Origin: Sandaracinaceae bacterium
GTDB lineage: Bacteria > Myxococcota_A > Polyangia > Polyangiales > Sandaracinaceae
Direction: 5' to 3'
DNA length: 20,790 nucleotides
Assembly: GCA_044220955.1 (NCBI GenBank)
Contig: JBGAQA010000110.1
Location: forward strand, 1 to 20,790
Part shown: positions 7,294 to 16,695 of the stretch, piece after piece
How the letters are laid out: every line of letters begins with the position of its first letter
Position numbering within the stretch: position 1 is the stretch's first letter
The notes under the pieces: model-generated
What the model saw: the letters and a program-made list of their open reading frames with translations, nothing else
Databases searched by the model: none
Told to the model about the DNA's origin: nothing
Translations under genes and position numbers: made by a program

Positions 7294-9767
7294 GGGACCT
7301 CGATCGGGTTCGTCACGCCGAAGGGATGGAACGGGAAGAGCGGCTCGGCGTCCACGCCGCCGTCGGCGCGCGCGACGACGAAGTGCGCCCCTCCGAGCGC
7401 TACGCTCACGACGCCGTCGAAGCGGACGCTGGGGCCGCTCGTCAGCGGCATGTCGATCACGACCTCGCGACCGGCGTAGATCCGCAGACGGCTCGTGTCG
7501 GCCCAGGGCGCGGCCTGCACGACCACGTGCAGCGGCACGCTTCCGCTCGCGTCGCGCGGTCCGGCCGGCGTCGCGGTGACGAAGATGCCCGCGGCCACCG
7601 TCGCGTCGTGGGAGTGCAGCGCGCTCGCCGCGTCCGACCAGCCGAAGGCCCCGGGCGCGTCGTCGGCTACGCGCAGGAACGTGCGCGGCGCGCCCGCCGG
7701 CAGATCGGCGCGGTGCGAGTCGCTGTTGCCGACCATCGTGAAGCGCCGTCCCGTGTCCCAGAGCGCGAGGAAGTCGGCGAACGCGGCCTCGTTGTCGCCG
7801 CGCGTGTAGCCGTTCCACGCCTCGATCACGTCCACGGCCGAGAGGTCGTCCAGATCCGTCGTGGCGGGCAGCCCGAGCGACGCGGGGCTCGCGGTCGCGT
7901 GCGCGGTCGTGGTGTCGAGGCCGATCCGGTCGAAGAAGCTCGTCATGCGCAGGCGGGGGTGGTTGATCTGCACGATCGCGCCGCCCAGCGTGGCGTCGCC
8001 GCGCGCCTCGATGCGCGCGAAGACGTCGGCGGGCGACGCGTCGAACCAGATGGGCGCGCCGGCGCCGGCGGCGTCGACGTCGCGCGCGAGCGGATAGCCG
8101 CCGAAGTGCCCGAGCACGGTGGACGACACCTCGTCGCCCGGGACCACCACGAGCCGTCCCGCGAGCCCGACGCGCCCGAGCACCGCGTCGTAGTCGGTGA
8201 TGTAGTCGTGATCGGTCGACGCCACGAGATCGAGCCCCTCGGCGACGATGACGCGCACCGCGTCGGCGACGTGGTGGAGGCTGTCGGTCGAGAGGTCCGA
8301 GTGCAGGTGGAAGTCGCAGCCGATCCACCCCGTCGTGTCGACGACGCGGTCGAGGATCGCGGTGACGGTGCGAGTCTCTCCGTCGGAGATCGTGATCGAC
8401 TCCTCGTGGACATCGAACTCCACGCCGTGAGACACGTCCACGGTGTAGGCGCCGGGCGGGATGCGCGCGTCGGTCGGGCCCGTGGCGACGAAGCGGAGCA
8501 CGTCGTCGGTGGAGCCCGGAGCGCGCAGCGTCACGCGCACGGGCGCGCCGGCGTCGCCGTCGGCGATCGCCTCGACGTGGAGCGTGGCCGACGGCGGCGA
8601 GGCAGGCGCCACGTCGCCTCCCGCGGTCGTGACCGACACCGGAGAGGCCGCGCCCTGGAAGAAGGGACCGAGCCCGGCGCGCACCACGTAGTCGCCGGCG
8701 GGAACGGGGACGCGCGCCGTCCCGTCCGCGCCGATCCTCGCGCGCAGATAGGGCAGCGTCGCGCCGGCGATCTCGACCCGGTCGCCCGCTGCCCCGTGAA
8801 CGACCAGCACGGGCTCGCTCGCGGGATCGACGAGCGACCACGCGTCAGCAGCCGTCGCGCCGACGGCGACCCGCGCGCGCGCCGTCGTGATCACGCCGGG
8901 ATCCGCGCTCGCTCGCGCGCCCTTGAGCAGGTGGATCGTGTTCACGGCCAAGAGCGACCCGCTCGGCGCGTCGAGCGCGATCGCGAGGGCCGAGCGTGAC
9001 CCCTCGGACACGACGCCCGGGACACCGCTGCCGCCGCCGCCCTCGGGGATCGGACCGAACCCGGGCCGCTCGAGCTCGCCGTTGCCGCCGATCAGCGCGG
9101 CGAGCCCCGGCACGACCGCAGTGCGCGCATCGCCGGGCGTCGACGAGAAGCGCATCGTGATCTCGAGGACGTCGCGATCGGCGGCGAGCCGGTACTCGAT
9201 CGCGCCGCGGATCGGCCGCGCGCTCGAGAGCCCGGGCGCGGCCGCCTCGAGGATGCCGAGCGGCTGGACGTCGAAGAGGACGCTCACCGCTGCGTCGGCG
9301 TCGCCGCCGGCGTCGGTCACGACGACCTCGCTCGCTCGCGCGACGCCGAAGTCGAGGAGCGGGAAGATCTCCTTCACCGCGTCGTCGCCGCCCTCGATCG
9401 AAGCGTCGACGATCCCGCCGCCGAAGCCTCCGATCGTGGAGGCGCTCTCGGGGCCCGTGCGGATCACGAACCGAGCGTGGGCGTTCGCGACGAGCACGTC
9501 GCCGAGGCGGCCCATGGCGAGCGCACCATCGACGAGCTCGCCCGCGCAGGTCACGTGCTTCGCGATCGCGGTGCCCGTCGCGACGTCATCGGCGCAGTCC
9601 GTGCGCTCGGCCGGATCGGGAGTGGCGGTGAACACGACCGGCGCCACGATCGCGGCGTCGCTCCCCGCGTCGTCGCCAGCGGCGTCCGCGGATGCGTCGA
9701 CCACGATCCCGCCGGCGTCGCACGACGCGAGCACACCGAACACGACGACGACCAGGAGCCCCCGCAT
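7290..9767 (-). CDS. CehA/McbA-like PHP-domain metallohydrolase, predicted lipoprotein (825 aa)
   Basis: Signal peptide with lipobox LAS-C16; beta-rich N-terminal domains; PHP motifs DFHLHS, STDHD, GDEVS, GHF, QINHPR, IEAWNG, GNSDSH. Confidence 0.88.
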   Translation of the reverse strand: MRGLLVVVVFGVLASCDAGGIVVDASADAAGDDAGSDAAIVAPVVFTATPDPAERTDCADDVATGTAIAKHVTCAGELVDGALAMGRLGDVLVANAHARFVIRTGPESASTIGGFGGGIVDASIEGGDDAVKEIFPLLDFGVARASEVVVTDAGGDADAAVSVLFDVQPLGILEAAAPGLSSARPIRGAIEYRLAADRDVLEITMRFSSTPGDARTAVVPGLAALIGGNGELERPGFGPIPEGGGGSGVPGVVSEGSRSALAIALDAPSGSLLAVNTIHLLKGARASADPGVITTARARVAVGATAADAWSLVDPASEPVLVVHGAAGDRVEIAGATLPYLRARIGADGTARVPVPAGDYVVRAGLGPFFQGAASPVSVTTAGGDVAPASPPSATLHVEAIADGDAGAPVRVTLRAPGSTDDVLRFVATGPTDARIPPGAYTVDVSHGVEFDVHEESITISDGETRTVTAILDRVVDTTGWIGCDFHLHSDLSTDSLHHVADAVRVIVAEGLDLVASTDHDYITDYDAVLGRVGLAGRLVVVPGDEVSSTVLGHFGGYPLARDVDAAGAGAPIWFDASPADVFARIEARGDATLGGAIVQINHPRLRMTSFFDRIGLDTTTAHATASPASLGLPATTDLDDLSAVDVIEAWNGYTRGDNEAAFADFLALWDTGRRFTMVGNSDSHRADLPAGAPRTFLRVADDAPGAFGWSDAASALHSHDATVAAGIFVTATPAGPRDASGSVPLHVVVQAAPWADTSRLRIYAGREVVIDMPLTSGPSVRFDGVVSVALGGAHFVVARADGGVDAEPLFPFHPFGVTNPIEVP

Positions 9768-9794
9768 GCGGGCGATCCTACGCCGAAGACGCGA

Positions 9795-11240
9795 TCAGCG
9801 CGCCTGGTGCAGGCTGAGCGATCCGACGTAGAGGAAGCCGACCATGAAGAGCACCAGGAAGGGGATGCTCGTCCAGGCGCCGATGAAGCCGGCCGCCACG
9901 ATCGTCGCGACGAAGTAGAGGCCGATGCCGACCTCGATCCAGGAGAAGAGCTCCTTGCTCGCGCGGTACTTCTTCTTCGTCCAGGTCTCGCTCGACTTGG
10001 TCACGCCGTGCTTGGGCGTGCGCACGAACTCGCTCTCGCGGCCCCAGAGGCCCTCGAGGACGGCGCGCGCGTTGTTCAGCGAGAGGCCGATGCCGAGCGC
10101 CATCATCAGCGGCAGCCTGCGGATCGCCTCCCAGAGGTTGCCGTAGAGCGCGCGGTGCGTCGTCAGGTAGAACATGACGATCGATCCGCTCGTGAGCGCG
10201 AAGAGCGGCACGTCGAGGAGCAGGAGCTCGGGGCGCTGGATCTCCTGGCGCAGCACCATGTTCGGCAGCTGCAGGAACGCCAGCACGAGCAAGAAGAGGT
10301 AAGCGAAGTTGTCCGTGAGGTGGAAGAGCACCTCGAGCTTCACCTTCCACGGGATGTCGGCGCGCATCACCGTCGGGATGAGCTTCTTCGCCGTCTGCGC
10401 GGAGCCCTTGGCCCAGCGGAACTGCTGGCCCTTGAAGCTCATCATCTCGCAGGGCAGCTCCGCCGGCGCGATCGCCTCCGGGACGTACACGAAGCGCCAG
10501 CCCTTGAGCTGCGCGCGGAACGAGAGGTCCATGTCCTCGGTCAGCGTGTCGTGCTGCCAGCCGCCGGCGTCGACGATCGTCGCGCGCCGCCAGATGCCCG
10601 CCGTTCCGTTGAAGTTGAAGAAGCGCCCGCTGCGGTTGCGCGCGATGTGCTCCACGACGAAGTGCCCGTCGAGCATCATCGACTGCACGCGCGTCAGCAC
10701 CGAGTAGTCGCGGTTCAGGTGGCCCCAGCGCGCCTGCACCATGCCGACCTTCGGGTCGGTGAAGTGGTGCACGAGGTCCAGCACGATCGAGGGCGTCGGC
10801 ACGAAGTCGGCGTCGAAGACCATGAGGAAGTCGCCCTTGGCGATCTTGGTCCCGTTCTCGAGGGCGCCCGCCTTGAAGCCGGTGCGATCGACGCGGTGCA
10901 CGTAGGTCGCGTCGTAGCCGCGCTCGACGAGCTCTTCGACCTTGGCCTTCGCGATGCTCTGCGTCTCGTCGGTCGAGTCGTCGAGCACCTGGATCTCGAG
11001 CTTGTCCTTCGGGTAGTCGATCCCCGCGACGCTCTCGATGAGCCGCTCGGCGACGTACATCTCGTTGAACATCGGGAGCTGCACGGTCACCCGCGGCAGC
11101 TCCTTCCACTTCTCGGCCGCCTTGGGCGCCGACTCGCGGTGCTTCCAGTACAGATAGAGGAGCTGCGCCCGGTGGAACCCGTAGAGGGCGAGCACCGTCA
11201 GGACCGCGAGATAGAGGCAGATCACGAAGGCGTGCAGCAC
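9795..11240 (-). CDS. Processive-type GT2 glycosyltransferase (cellulose synthase/CslA-like family), integral membrane, 481 aa
   Basis: QLPMFNE, LDDSTD, GFKAGAL, FDADF (DxD), FNGTAG, TEDMDLS, QQFRW (QxxRW), RTPK; N- and C-terminal TM helices. Confidence 0.93.
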   Translation of the reverse strand: MLHAFVICLYLAVLTVLALYGFHRAQLLYLYWKHRESAPKAAEKWKELPRVTVQLPMFNEMYVAERLIESVAGIDYPKDKLEIQVLDDSTDETQSIAKAKVEELVERGYDATYVHRVDRTGFKAGALENGTKIAKGDFLMVFDADFVPTPSIVLDLVHHFTDPKVGMVQARWGHLNRDYSVLTRVQSMMLDGHFVVEHIARNRSGRFFNFNGTAGIWRRATIVDAGGWQHDTLTEDMDLSFRAQLKGWRFVYVPEAIAPAELPCEMMSFKGQQFRWAKGSAQTAKKLIPTVMRADIPWKVKLEVLFHLTDNFAYLFLLVLAFLQLPNMVLRQEIQRPELLLLDVPLFALTSGSIVMFYLTTHRALYGNLWEAIRRLPLMMALGIGLSLNNARAVLEGLWGRESEFVRTPKHGVTKSSETWTKKKYRASKELFSWIEVGIGLYFVATIVAAGFIGAWTSIPFLVLFMVGFLYVGSLSLHQAR

Positions 11241-11335
11241 GCGGCATTCTTGCCACGGCGATTGTCACCAAATGTACTTTCTCGTGCTCGTTCGTCGGCC
11301 GACGGAGCGCGCCTTCGACGCCAGAGCGGCGCGGG

Positions 11336-11965
11336 TCAGCCGCGGGAGCCGCGAGCCACCGTCACCACGCGCTCGTTGGTGACGACGAGGTCGACGCGCT
11401 GATCGCCCGGGCCCTCGGGGAGCTCGCCCAGCACCTGGAAGTCGTGGGCGACCCCGACGCGCGCCGCGCCCGTGCACGTCGGAAGCAGCCGGTCGTAGAG
11501 CCCCGCGCCGTACCCGATGCGCGCGCCGCGCTCGTCGAAGGCGAGGCCGGGCACGATCACGAGGTCGACCGTGGCGGGATCGACCCACGGCGCGTCGGCC
11601 GGAGGCTCGCGCACCATCTTGCCGCTCTCGACCGGCGCGACGCCCTCGACCCACTCGCGCAGCTCGAGCTCGGTACGGCCCTGCACCTCGATCATCCGTG
11701 GGGCGGCCACGCGCTTGCTCTCCAAGCGCGCGGCGCGCTCGAGGAGCCCGACGTCGATCTCGGTGCGCATCGGCACGAAGAGCGCGACCGTCCGGGCCCG
11801 GGCCCACGCATCCGTCGAGCGCACGCGCTCGGCGATCGCCGCGCTCCGCGCGTCGCGGTTCTCCGGGCCGAGCGCCCGCCGCACCCGCCTCATCCGGTCG
11901 CGCAGCTCGGCCTTCACCCGCCGTCCGATCTCGAGGCGCTCCGCCTCGTCGATCACGACCGGCAT
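11336..11965 (-). CDS. ygfA: 5-formyltetrahydrofolate cyclo-ligase
   Basis: KAELR..MR, EID, DLVIVPGLAFDERGARIGYGAGLYDRLL, DQRVDLVVT. Confidence 0.93.
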   Translation of the reverse strand: MPVVIDEAERLEIGRRVKAELRDRMRRVRRALGPENRDARSAAIAERVRSTDAWARARTVALFVPMRTEIDVGLLERAARLESKRVAAPRMIEVQGRTELELREWVEGVAPVESGKMVREPPADAPWVDPATVDLVIVPGLAFDERGARIGYGAGLYDRLLPTCTGAARVGVAHDFQVLGELPEGPGDQRVDLVVTNERVVTVARGSRG

Positions 11966-11973
11966 CGAGCGGC

Positions 11974-12276
11974 TCAGCCCCGCGCGCCGTCCGAAGCCAG
12001 GCGCTGGTCGATCCGCGCGATGGCCCGGCCGACCGAGTCGCGGACCACGTGCTCCACCTCGCGTCGGCGCTGCTCCGCCTGCACGAGCTCGTCGGCGAGC
12101 CCGAGAGCGACGACCGCGAGGAGCTGTGCCGGCGTCGCGGTGCGCGCGACCTTGGGGCCGAGCGCGGCGATGCGATCGTTGATGAGCTCGCTGAGCCGCG
12201 CGAGGTGCGCCTCGTCGGCGTCGGAGGCCATCCGGTAGCGCGCACCCGCGATCTCGAGCGTGACGGTTCGCTTCAT
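11974..12276 (-). CDS. zapA: Cell division protein ZapA
   Basis: VTLEIAGARYRM..D.DE.HL..L...INDRI, LLAVVALGLADEL followed by coiled coil; 100 aa; typical synteny upstream of ygfA. Confidence 0.88.
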   Translation of the reverse strand: MKRTVTLEIAGARYRMASDADEAHLARLSELINDRIAALGPKVARTATPAQLLAVVALGLADELVQAEQRRREVEHVVRDSVGRAIARIDQRLASDGARG

Positions 12277-12285
12277 GGCCGGGGA

Positions 12286-12315
12286 ACCCTACGGGCCGGT
12301 CGATCCCCGGGTCAA
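12286..12315 (-). promoter_or_regulatory. Putative sigma70 promoter of zapA (TTGACC-N18-TAGGGT)
   Basis: -35 TTGACC (12315-12310) and -10 TAGGGT (12291-12286), 9 nt before ATG 12276; no SD. Confidence 0.5.
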
Positions 12316-12340
12316 GCGCTGGCGCGTTTGTGCAGAGTGG

Positions 12341-12364
12341 CGCGAGCGTCGTGTTACGCTCGCG
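12341..12364 (+). promoter_or_regulatory. Extended -10 (TG-t-TACGCT, 12352-12360) embedded in a 9-bp perfect inverted repeat
   Basis: CGCGAGCGT-cgtgtt-ACGCTCGCG, upstream of ATG 12409. Confidence 0.4.
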
Positions 12365-12408
12365 GGGCTCCGCGCGGCGACGCAGAGGAAGAGGAAGAGC
12401 CCGAGCCG

Positions 12409-15400
12409 ATGATCACGGTCGCGTGTATCTCGTGCAGTCAGCAGTACCCGCTCGACGAGCGCCGGCTGCCTGCGACGGGACTCAAGATGAAGTGCCCCAA
12501 GTGCGGCACGGCGTTCCTGGTGTTCCCCGACGGTCGCACCGAGACGGTCGTTCAGAAGAGCACGATGCTGGGTGGGGCGGGCGCGCCCGGCGGCCCGCCG
12601 CGCGTGCCGCCGCCCCCGCCCGCCAGGCCGGTCGTGCCACTGCCCGCGCCTGCGCTGGACGATCTCGATCTGCCGGCTCCGCGCGGTGCAGCTCCCAAGG
12701 CCGCGGCGTCCGACGACCTCGACCTGCCCGCGCCTCGCGGCGCGGTCCCACGGCCAGCCGTCGGCCGCCCGCCGCTCGCGCCGCCGCCGAACCTGTCGGA
12801 CGACCTCGACCTCGATCTTCCCGCCCCGCGCGGCGCGCCGCCCGCGAAGCGGCCGATCGCACCTCCGATGGAGATCGACCTGCCGGCGCCTCGGGCGGCC
12901 GGGCCGAAGGCCCCGATCGCGCCACCGATGGAGATCGACCTGCCGGCGCCTCGGGCGGCCGGGCCGAAGGCCCCGATCGCGCCACCGATGGAGATCGACC
13001 TGCCGGCGCCTCGGGCGGCCGGGCCGAAGGCCCCGATCGCGCCTCCGATGGAGATCGATCTGCCGGCGCCTCGCGGGGCGGCGAAGGCGCCTGCCCTCGA
13101 CGAGCTCGATCTGCCTGCTCCCCGCGGCGCCGCGAGGCCGGCCTCGCCCGCGCTCGACGAGCTCGACCTGCCGGCGCCTCGCGGGGCCCCGAGGCCGGCG
13201 GCGCCCGCGCTCGACGAGCTCGACCTGCCGGCACCTCGCGGCGCCAAGCGCGCGCCCGTGCCCGACGAGATCGACCTGCCGGCGCCCCGCGGTGGTGGCG
13301 GCACGGCCTTCGACGTCGACCTGCCTGCGCCCCGCGGGCAGCGCATCGACAGCGTGAAGCCGGCGCTGGCCGATCACTCGCGCACGCCCTTCGACGACGA
13401 GCCGGACGGGCTCGATCTGCCGGCGCCGAGCGGCCGCGCTGGCGGGATCGAGCTCGACCTGCCTGCCCCGAAGGGGATGGGCGGCGTGGACCTCCCGGCT
13501 CCGAAAGGCCGTGGTGCGCTCGCCGCGGCCGATCGCGCGTTCGGCGATCTCGACCTCCCCATGCCCAAGCGCGGCGGCGCCTCGGAGATCGCCGACCTGC
13601 CCGCGCCGCGCGACATGGCCGATCTGCCGGCGCCCGTTGGCGCCGCGGACCTCCCCGCCCCTCGCGGCGGGGTCGATCTGCCGGCGCCCCGCGGCAGCGT
13701 GGATCTGCCCGCGCCGCGGGGTGGTGTGGATCTCCCTGCGCCGCGCGGCCCGGCCGATCTGCCTGCGCTGCGCGGGGCGCAGAGCGCTCCCCCGCGCCGG
13801 CCTCCGGCCGATCTGCCGTCCCTCTCTCCGGAGAGCGGAGGGGGTGGGTTTCCGGACCTCGACCTCCCGCCGCCGCGACGTCCCGCAGCGGCCGCGCCTG
13901 CAGCGGTGGGCGACCTCGAGCTCCCGCCGCCTCGCGCTCGCGCGACCGGGCCCTCCGTCGAGCAGGATCTGGAGCTGCCTCCGCCGCGCAAGGCCGGAGG
14001 CGCCCGTGCGTCCGTCAGCGAGTTCGAGCTGCCCCTGCCCGACGGGCGCAAGAGCATGCCGTCCCGCGGCCACGGCGAGATCGAGCTCCCCGAGCGGCGG
14101 GACGACGGGATGGAGTTCTCCGACATCCCCCAGGAGCGGGCCGGCGGGCTCGCGCCCTCGCGCGTGGAGATCGAGCGCCCTCGCGAGACGCAGGCCAAGA
14201 CGCTGCCCAAGCCCGAGCCGGCCCCGCGCGGCCGCCGCGGGCTCGTCGTCGCGCTCGGGATGCTCGCGCTGATCGCCCTGATCGGCGGGGGTCTCTACTT
14301 CACCCCTCTCGGCCCCTTCGGCATCTACGCGATCGAGCAGCAGATCGCGGCGGGCGATCCCGCCGCGGTGGGCGCGGCGATGACGCGGGCGCGCGAAGAG
14401 CTGCTCCACGACACGCCGAGCTCGTCCGCGGAGGCCTTGCGCGGCCTCGGATCGGCACGGCACGACGCCGGGTACAACCGCCCGCTGCTCTCGCTCAGCC
14501 TCTACGCGGAGTCGGTCGCCCAGATCCGCTTCACCTCCGATCCCGGGCGCGCCGCCGCGATTCGCCAGCGCATGGACTCGCGCGATCCGAACGACCCGAC
14601 GTTCGCCCTCGGCGTCGCGGCCGACGAGCTCGCGCACGGGCACCGGCCGAGCGCGCTCAGCTACGTGTCGCACGCCCGCGCCTTCGCGCCCGACGATCCG
14701 CTCGTCGACCTGCTCGACGGAGAGATCGCGCTAGAGGAGGAGCGCTGGGCCGACGCGAGCCAGGCGTTCCAGGCCGCGATCGATCACCAGGGCGGCGCGG
14801 CCGCGCGCTGGGGCTTCGCACGTGCTCTCTCGCACGGCGAGGATCACGCAGCGTACGACGCCGCGATCGCGGCGACCCTCGAGGCGGCGCCCGATCACGT
14901 CGAGGCGCTCTTCGCGCGCGCGCAGCGGCTGCACGAGAGCGGCGACGACGCACAGGCGACCACCGTCGCCAGCCAGGTCGTCGGGCGCGAGCCGCTCGGG
15001 GAGCAGACGCTCGTGGCGCACGCGCGCCTGCGCGCGGAGGCGTGGTCGCTGCTCGGCGCGATGTACGAGCTGCGCGGCAGGACGGGTCAGGCGCTCGAGG
15101 CCTACCAGGAGGCTGCGGCCGCGGACAGCACGGACATGGCCGCGGTGCTCGGCGAGGGGCGCATGCTCCTGATCGACCGGCCCTCGGACGCGCTCAGTCG
15201 CTTCCAGGCGGTCATCGGTGCGGGCGACGCGGGCTCGCTCGTGCTGCCGAGCGGGCGGACCGCGAACTTCGACGCCCGCCTCGGCGCGGCGCGCGCGATG
15301 ACGCAGCTCGACCGCGTCCAGGAGGCGCACACGACGCTCGACGATCTCGCCGCCGAGCGGCCCGACGACCCCGAGGTCCAGCTCTGGCTCGGCCGCGTCG

Positions 15401-16674
15401 AGGAACAGCTCGGCAACGCAGACCTCGCGGAGCCGCACTACCAGGAGAGCGTCCGCCTCGCGCCGGGCAACTTCGAGCCCTATCTCGCGCTCGCTCGGCT
15501 CTACGACCAGGCAGAGCGGACGAGCGATGCCGTCGCGGTCCTCGAGTCGGCGCGTACGGCGGTGCAGCAGACCGCGCAGGTGCACGAGCAGCTCGGGACG
15601 TACGCGCTCTCGCAGAGCCGCCTCCCCGAGGCCGAGACGGAGTTCCGCGCGGCGCTCGCCCTCGACGACGCGCTCCCGGCCGCGCGCTTCGGGCTCGCCG
15701 TCACGCTGCGCCGCGCGAACCGGCTCGACGACGCCGCCGCCGCGTTCGAGGCGCTCGCCGCGATCGATCCCAACCACCCGGGACTCGCGCTCGAGCGCGG
15801 CCTGCTCTTCGAGGCGCGGCACGAGGAGAACCGTGCCGTGGAGTTCTACCGGCAGGCGCTCACGGAGCGTCCGGACGACTCCGACCTGCAGCTCCGCCTC
15901 GGCGGCGCGCTCGTCGCCGTCGGGCAGTACGACGAGGCCGAGACGACGCTCGCGTCGGTGCTGCAGGAGGTGCCGCCACACGCGGAGGCCGAGTACTACG
16001 CAGGCCGCATCGCCTTCGCGCGCGGGACCTTCCCCGAGGCACAGCAGCACTTCGTCCGGGCGCTGGGGCTCGACTCGACGCGGGGCGAGTTCTACATGTG
16101 GGCGGGCAACGCGGCGCTGCAGGCCAACGACATCGGCCTGGCGATCTCGCGCTCGGACGAGGCGCTCGCGCACGACGGGTCGCTGGGCGATGCCTACTAC
16201 ATCCGGGGCATCGCGCGCCTGCGCTCGGGCATGGTGCGCGACGCGCTCGTCGATCTGCGCCGCGCGCTCGAGCTGACCCCCGATCGCTACGAGGCGTACG
16301 CCGCCGAGGGCGACTGCTACGACCAGCTGCGACAGCTCTCCGACGCGATCGCCGCGTACTCGCGCGCGGTCGCGGCGGTCGACACCAACGGCGAGTGGTG
16401 GTACCGGCTCGGGCGCCTGCAGCTCGACGCGAGCCACACCAGCGAGTCGGTGCACGCCCTCGGGCGCGCGACGCTGATCGGGGAGGCCGCGACGCCACGC
16501 CCCGCGTGGCTGGCCGACGCGCACCGCATCCTCGGCGACGGCATGCGCCTCTCGGGCGAGCGCGCCGGCGCGATCCAGCACTACGAGCGCTACCTCGCGA
16601 TCGCACCCGAGGGCGCGATCGATCGGGACGACGTCCGCAGCGCGCTCATGGATCTCGGCGTCGTCCCCGACTGA
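12409..16674 (+). CDS. Bitopic membrane protein: N-terminal zinc ribbon (MJ0042-like), long DLPAPR-repeat linker, single TM, large TPR region (1421 aa)
   Basis: MITVACISC-x19-CPKC; more than 20 DLPAP(R/K)-type motifs; TM LVVALGMLALIALIGGGLYF (~14242-14301); many TPR-like helix pairs (e.g. AWSLLGAMYELRGRTGQALEAYQEA, AEYYAGRIAFARGTFPEAQQHFVRALGLD). Purine-rich SD-like tract GAGGAAGAGGAAG upstream. Confidence 0.88.
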   Translation: MITVACISCSQQYPLDERRLPATGLKMKCPKCGTAFLVFPDGRTETVVQKSTMLGGAGAPGGPPRVPPPPPARPVVPLPAPALDDLDLPAPRGAAPKAAASDDLDLPAPRGAVPRPAVGRPPLAPPPNLSDDLDLDLPAPRGAPPAKRPIAPPMEIDLPAPRAAGPKAPIAPPMEIDLPAPRAAGPKAPIAPPMEIDLPAPRAAGPKAPIAPPMEIDLPAPRGAAKAPALDELDLPAPRGAARPASPALDELDLPAPRGAPRPAAPALDELDLPAPRGAKRAPVPDEIDLPAPRGGGGTAFDVDLPAPRGQRIDSVKPALADHSRTPFDDEPDGLDLPAPSGRAGGIELDLPAPKGMGGVDLPAPKGRGALAAADRAFGDLDLPMPKRGGASEIADLPAPRDMADLPAPVGAADLPAPRGGVDLPAPRGSVDLPAPRGGVDLPAPRGPADLPALRGAQSAPPRRPPADLPSLSPESGGGGFPDLDLPPPRRPAAAAPAAVGDLELPPPRARATGPSVEQDLELPPPRKAGGARASVSEFELPLPDGRKSMPSRGHGEIELPERRDDGMEFSDIPQERAGGLAPSRVEIERPRETQAKTLPKPEPAPRGRRGLVVALGMLALIALIGGGLYFTPLGPFGIYAIEQQIAAGDPAAVGAAMTRAREELLHDTPSSSAEALRGLGSARHDAGYNRPLLSLSLYAESVAQIRFTSDPGRAAAIRQRMDSRDPNDPTFALGVAADELAHGHRPSALSYVSHARAFAPDDPLVDLLDGEIALEEERWADASQAFQAAIDHQGGAAARWGFARALSHGEDHAAYDAAIAATLEAAPDHVEALFARAQRLHESGDDAQATTVASQVVGREPLGEQTLVAHARLRAEAWSLLGAMYELRGRTGQALEAYQEAAAADSTDMAAVLGEGRMLLIDRPSDALSRFQAVIGAGDAGSLVLPSGRTANFDARLGAARAMTQLDRVQEAHTTLDDLAAERPDDPEVQLWLGRVEEQLGNADLAEPHYQESVRLAPGNFEPYLALARLYDQAERTSDAVAVLESARTAVQQTAQVHEQLGTYALSQSRLPEAETEFRAALALDDALPAARFGLAVTLRRANRLDDAAAAFEALAAIDPNHPGLALERGLLFEARHEENRAVEFYRQALTERPDDSDLQLRLGGALVAVGQYDEAETTLASVLQEVPPHAEAEYYAGRIAFARGTFPEAQQHFVRALGLDSTRGEFYMWAGNAALQANDIGLAISRSDEALAHDGSLGDAYYIRGIARLRSGMVRDALVDLRRALELTPDRYEAYAAEGDCYDQLRQLSDAIAAYSRAVAAVDTNGEWWYRLGRLQLDASHTSESVHALGRATLIGEAATPRPAWLADAHRILGDGMRLSGERAGAIQHYERYLAIAPEGAIDRDDVRSALMDLGVVPD
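12853..13073 (+). repeat. Coding tandem repeat, 60-bp unit, ~3.7 near-identical copies (PIAPPMEIDLPAPRAAGPKA)
   Basis: Lines 12901-12960 and 12961-13020 are identical; flanking copies differ at a few positions. Confidence 0.95.
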
Positions 16675-16695
16675 CGCGAGGCGTTGCGCCGCTCC

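Noticed and set aside
9795..11240. Cellulose synthase (bcsA) operon
   Set aside because: No PilZ domain and no bcsB/bcsC/bcsZ neighbours; the product of this GT2 cannot be assigned.
11241..11335. Relatively AT-rich spacer after ygfA as 6S RNA or folate riboswitch
   Set aside because: Only 95 nt with no convincing long stem; more consistent with the promoter region of the GT2 gene.
12853..13770. Regularly recurring GA(C/T)CT(G/C)CC.GC.CC.CG motif with variable spacers, superficially CRISPR-like
   Set aside because: Entirely in-frame within a CDS, varies at synonymous positions, several spacers are identical and there are no cas genes. It is a protein repeat.
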